Source of the DNA: an uncultured Verrucomicrobiae bacterium
GTDB lineage: Bacteria; Verrucomicrobiota; Verrucomicrobiia; Chthoniobacterales; UBA10450
Length of the DNA: 64,000 nucleotides
Direction of reading: 5' to 3'
NCBI GenBank assembly: GCA_963772365.1
Contig: CAVYXA010000001.1
Location: 352,001 to 416,000 of the forward strand
A program made the position numbers and the translations under genes. Position 1 is the first letter of the stretch. Every line of letters starts with the position of its first letter. This document shows, piece after piece, positions 63,343 through 64,000 of the stretch. The notes below the pieces were generated by a model. That model searched no databases and was not told where the DNA came from. It was given only the letters and a program-made list of their open reading frames with translations.

Positions 63343-64000
63343 ATGAAATATTTTGTTACCATTACCGTTCTGCTCGCGCTGGCGTTCCCGGCTTTTGCCA
63401 GGGAAAAAAGCCAGCCTAAAGATCAAAAGGCCAAACCTGCCGCAGCCGGGAACGTCGAGCTCAAAGATCAGACCGCGAAAGCCAGCTACGCAATCGGCCT
63501 TAACATTGGCCAGAATTTGGGAAAGCAGAAGTTGCCGATCAATGCCGATGCGTTCAACGCCGGATTCAAGGATGGGATGGCCGGTACACCGAAAATGACT
63601 GAAGCCGAAATCAAGGAAACGATGACGGCTTTGGAAAAGGACATGGAGAACAGGCAAAAGGGAGCAGCGGAGAAGAACAAACAGGAGGGTGAAAAATTCC
63701 TCGCTGAGAATAAAAATAAACCGGGTATAAAGACCACTGCCAGCGGTCTCCAATACAAAGTTATAAGGGAAGGCACCGGTGCACAGCCGAAACCCACGGA
63801 TACGGTCACGGTAAATTACGAAGGTAAATTGATCGATGGTACTGTTTTCGACAGTTCGTACAAGCGCGGTCAACCGGCCACGTTTCCGCTCAATGCCGTG
63901 ATAAGAGGTTGGACCGAGGGCCTGCAGCTGATGAAGGTTGGTGGCAAATACCAGCTCTTCGTCCCGGCGGATCTTGCCTATGGCGATCGGCCAATGGGGC
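63343..64000 (+). CDS. FKBP-type peptidyl-prolyl isomerase (3' truncated by window)
   Basis: Signal peptide; SYAIG, SGLQYKV..EG.G, VNYEG.L.DG.VFDSS, VI.GW.EGL. Confidence 0.92.
   Translation, partial: MKYFVTITVLLALAFPAFAREKSQPKDQKAKPAAAGNVELKDQTAKASYAIGLNIGQNLGKQKLPINADAFNAGFKDGMAGTPKMTEAEIKETMTALEKDMENRQKGAAEKNKQEGEKFLAENKNKPGIKTTASGLQYKVIREGTGAQPKPTDTVTVNYEGKLIDGTVFDSSYKRGQPATFPLNAVIRGWTEGLQLMKVGGKYQLFVPADLAYGDRPMG

Overview
This window is bacterial DNA. A soil Verrucomicrobia / Chthoniobacterales-like origin is inferred from the VPDSG/PEP-CTERM proteins, the adenylate-cyclase-TPR protein and DUF5069; this was not checked by search. The housekeeping backbone is a fumarylacetoacetase locus, bactofilins, glnD, DUF72, a D-Ala-D-Ala carboxypeptidase, pfkA, an amidinotransferase, histidine utilisation genes (hutH, hutU, ftcD, hutI), tig-clpP-clpX, cinA, an L,D-transpeptidase and an FKBP PPIase. 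Accessory DNA: (1) an ~8.6 kb integrase/primase-helicase satellite-like element in tRNA-Ile2(CAT) that duplicates the 5' half of the tRNA; (2) a glycosyltransferase/GH130 islet bounded by tRNA-Asn 3' ends; (3) small GIY-YIG nuclease genes fused to tRNA 3' ends, one at tRNA-Asn and five in tandem (321-324 bp units) at tRNA-fMet, which is the most striking feature. In every unit the ORF stops at the TAA of a tRNA anticodon-loop remnant and a TCC...GGA hairpin replaces part of the anticodon arm; (4) TA modules, an MTase-REase fusion and a nested patchwork of gene fragments between the amidinotransferase and hutH; (5) a putative defence islet (HEPN, GIY-YIG, Rad50/RloC-like ATPase) bounded by a duplicated hutI 5' end; (6) many REP-like hairpins, several inserted in frame into enzymes. 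The 13.4-24.8 kb segment has many frameshifts that are probably sequencing errors. All family assignments are by motif recognition, without database searches.
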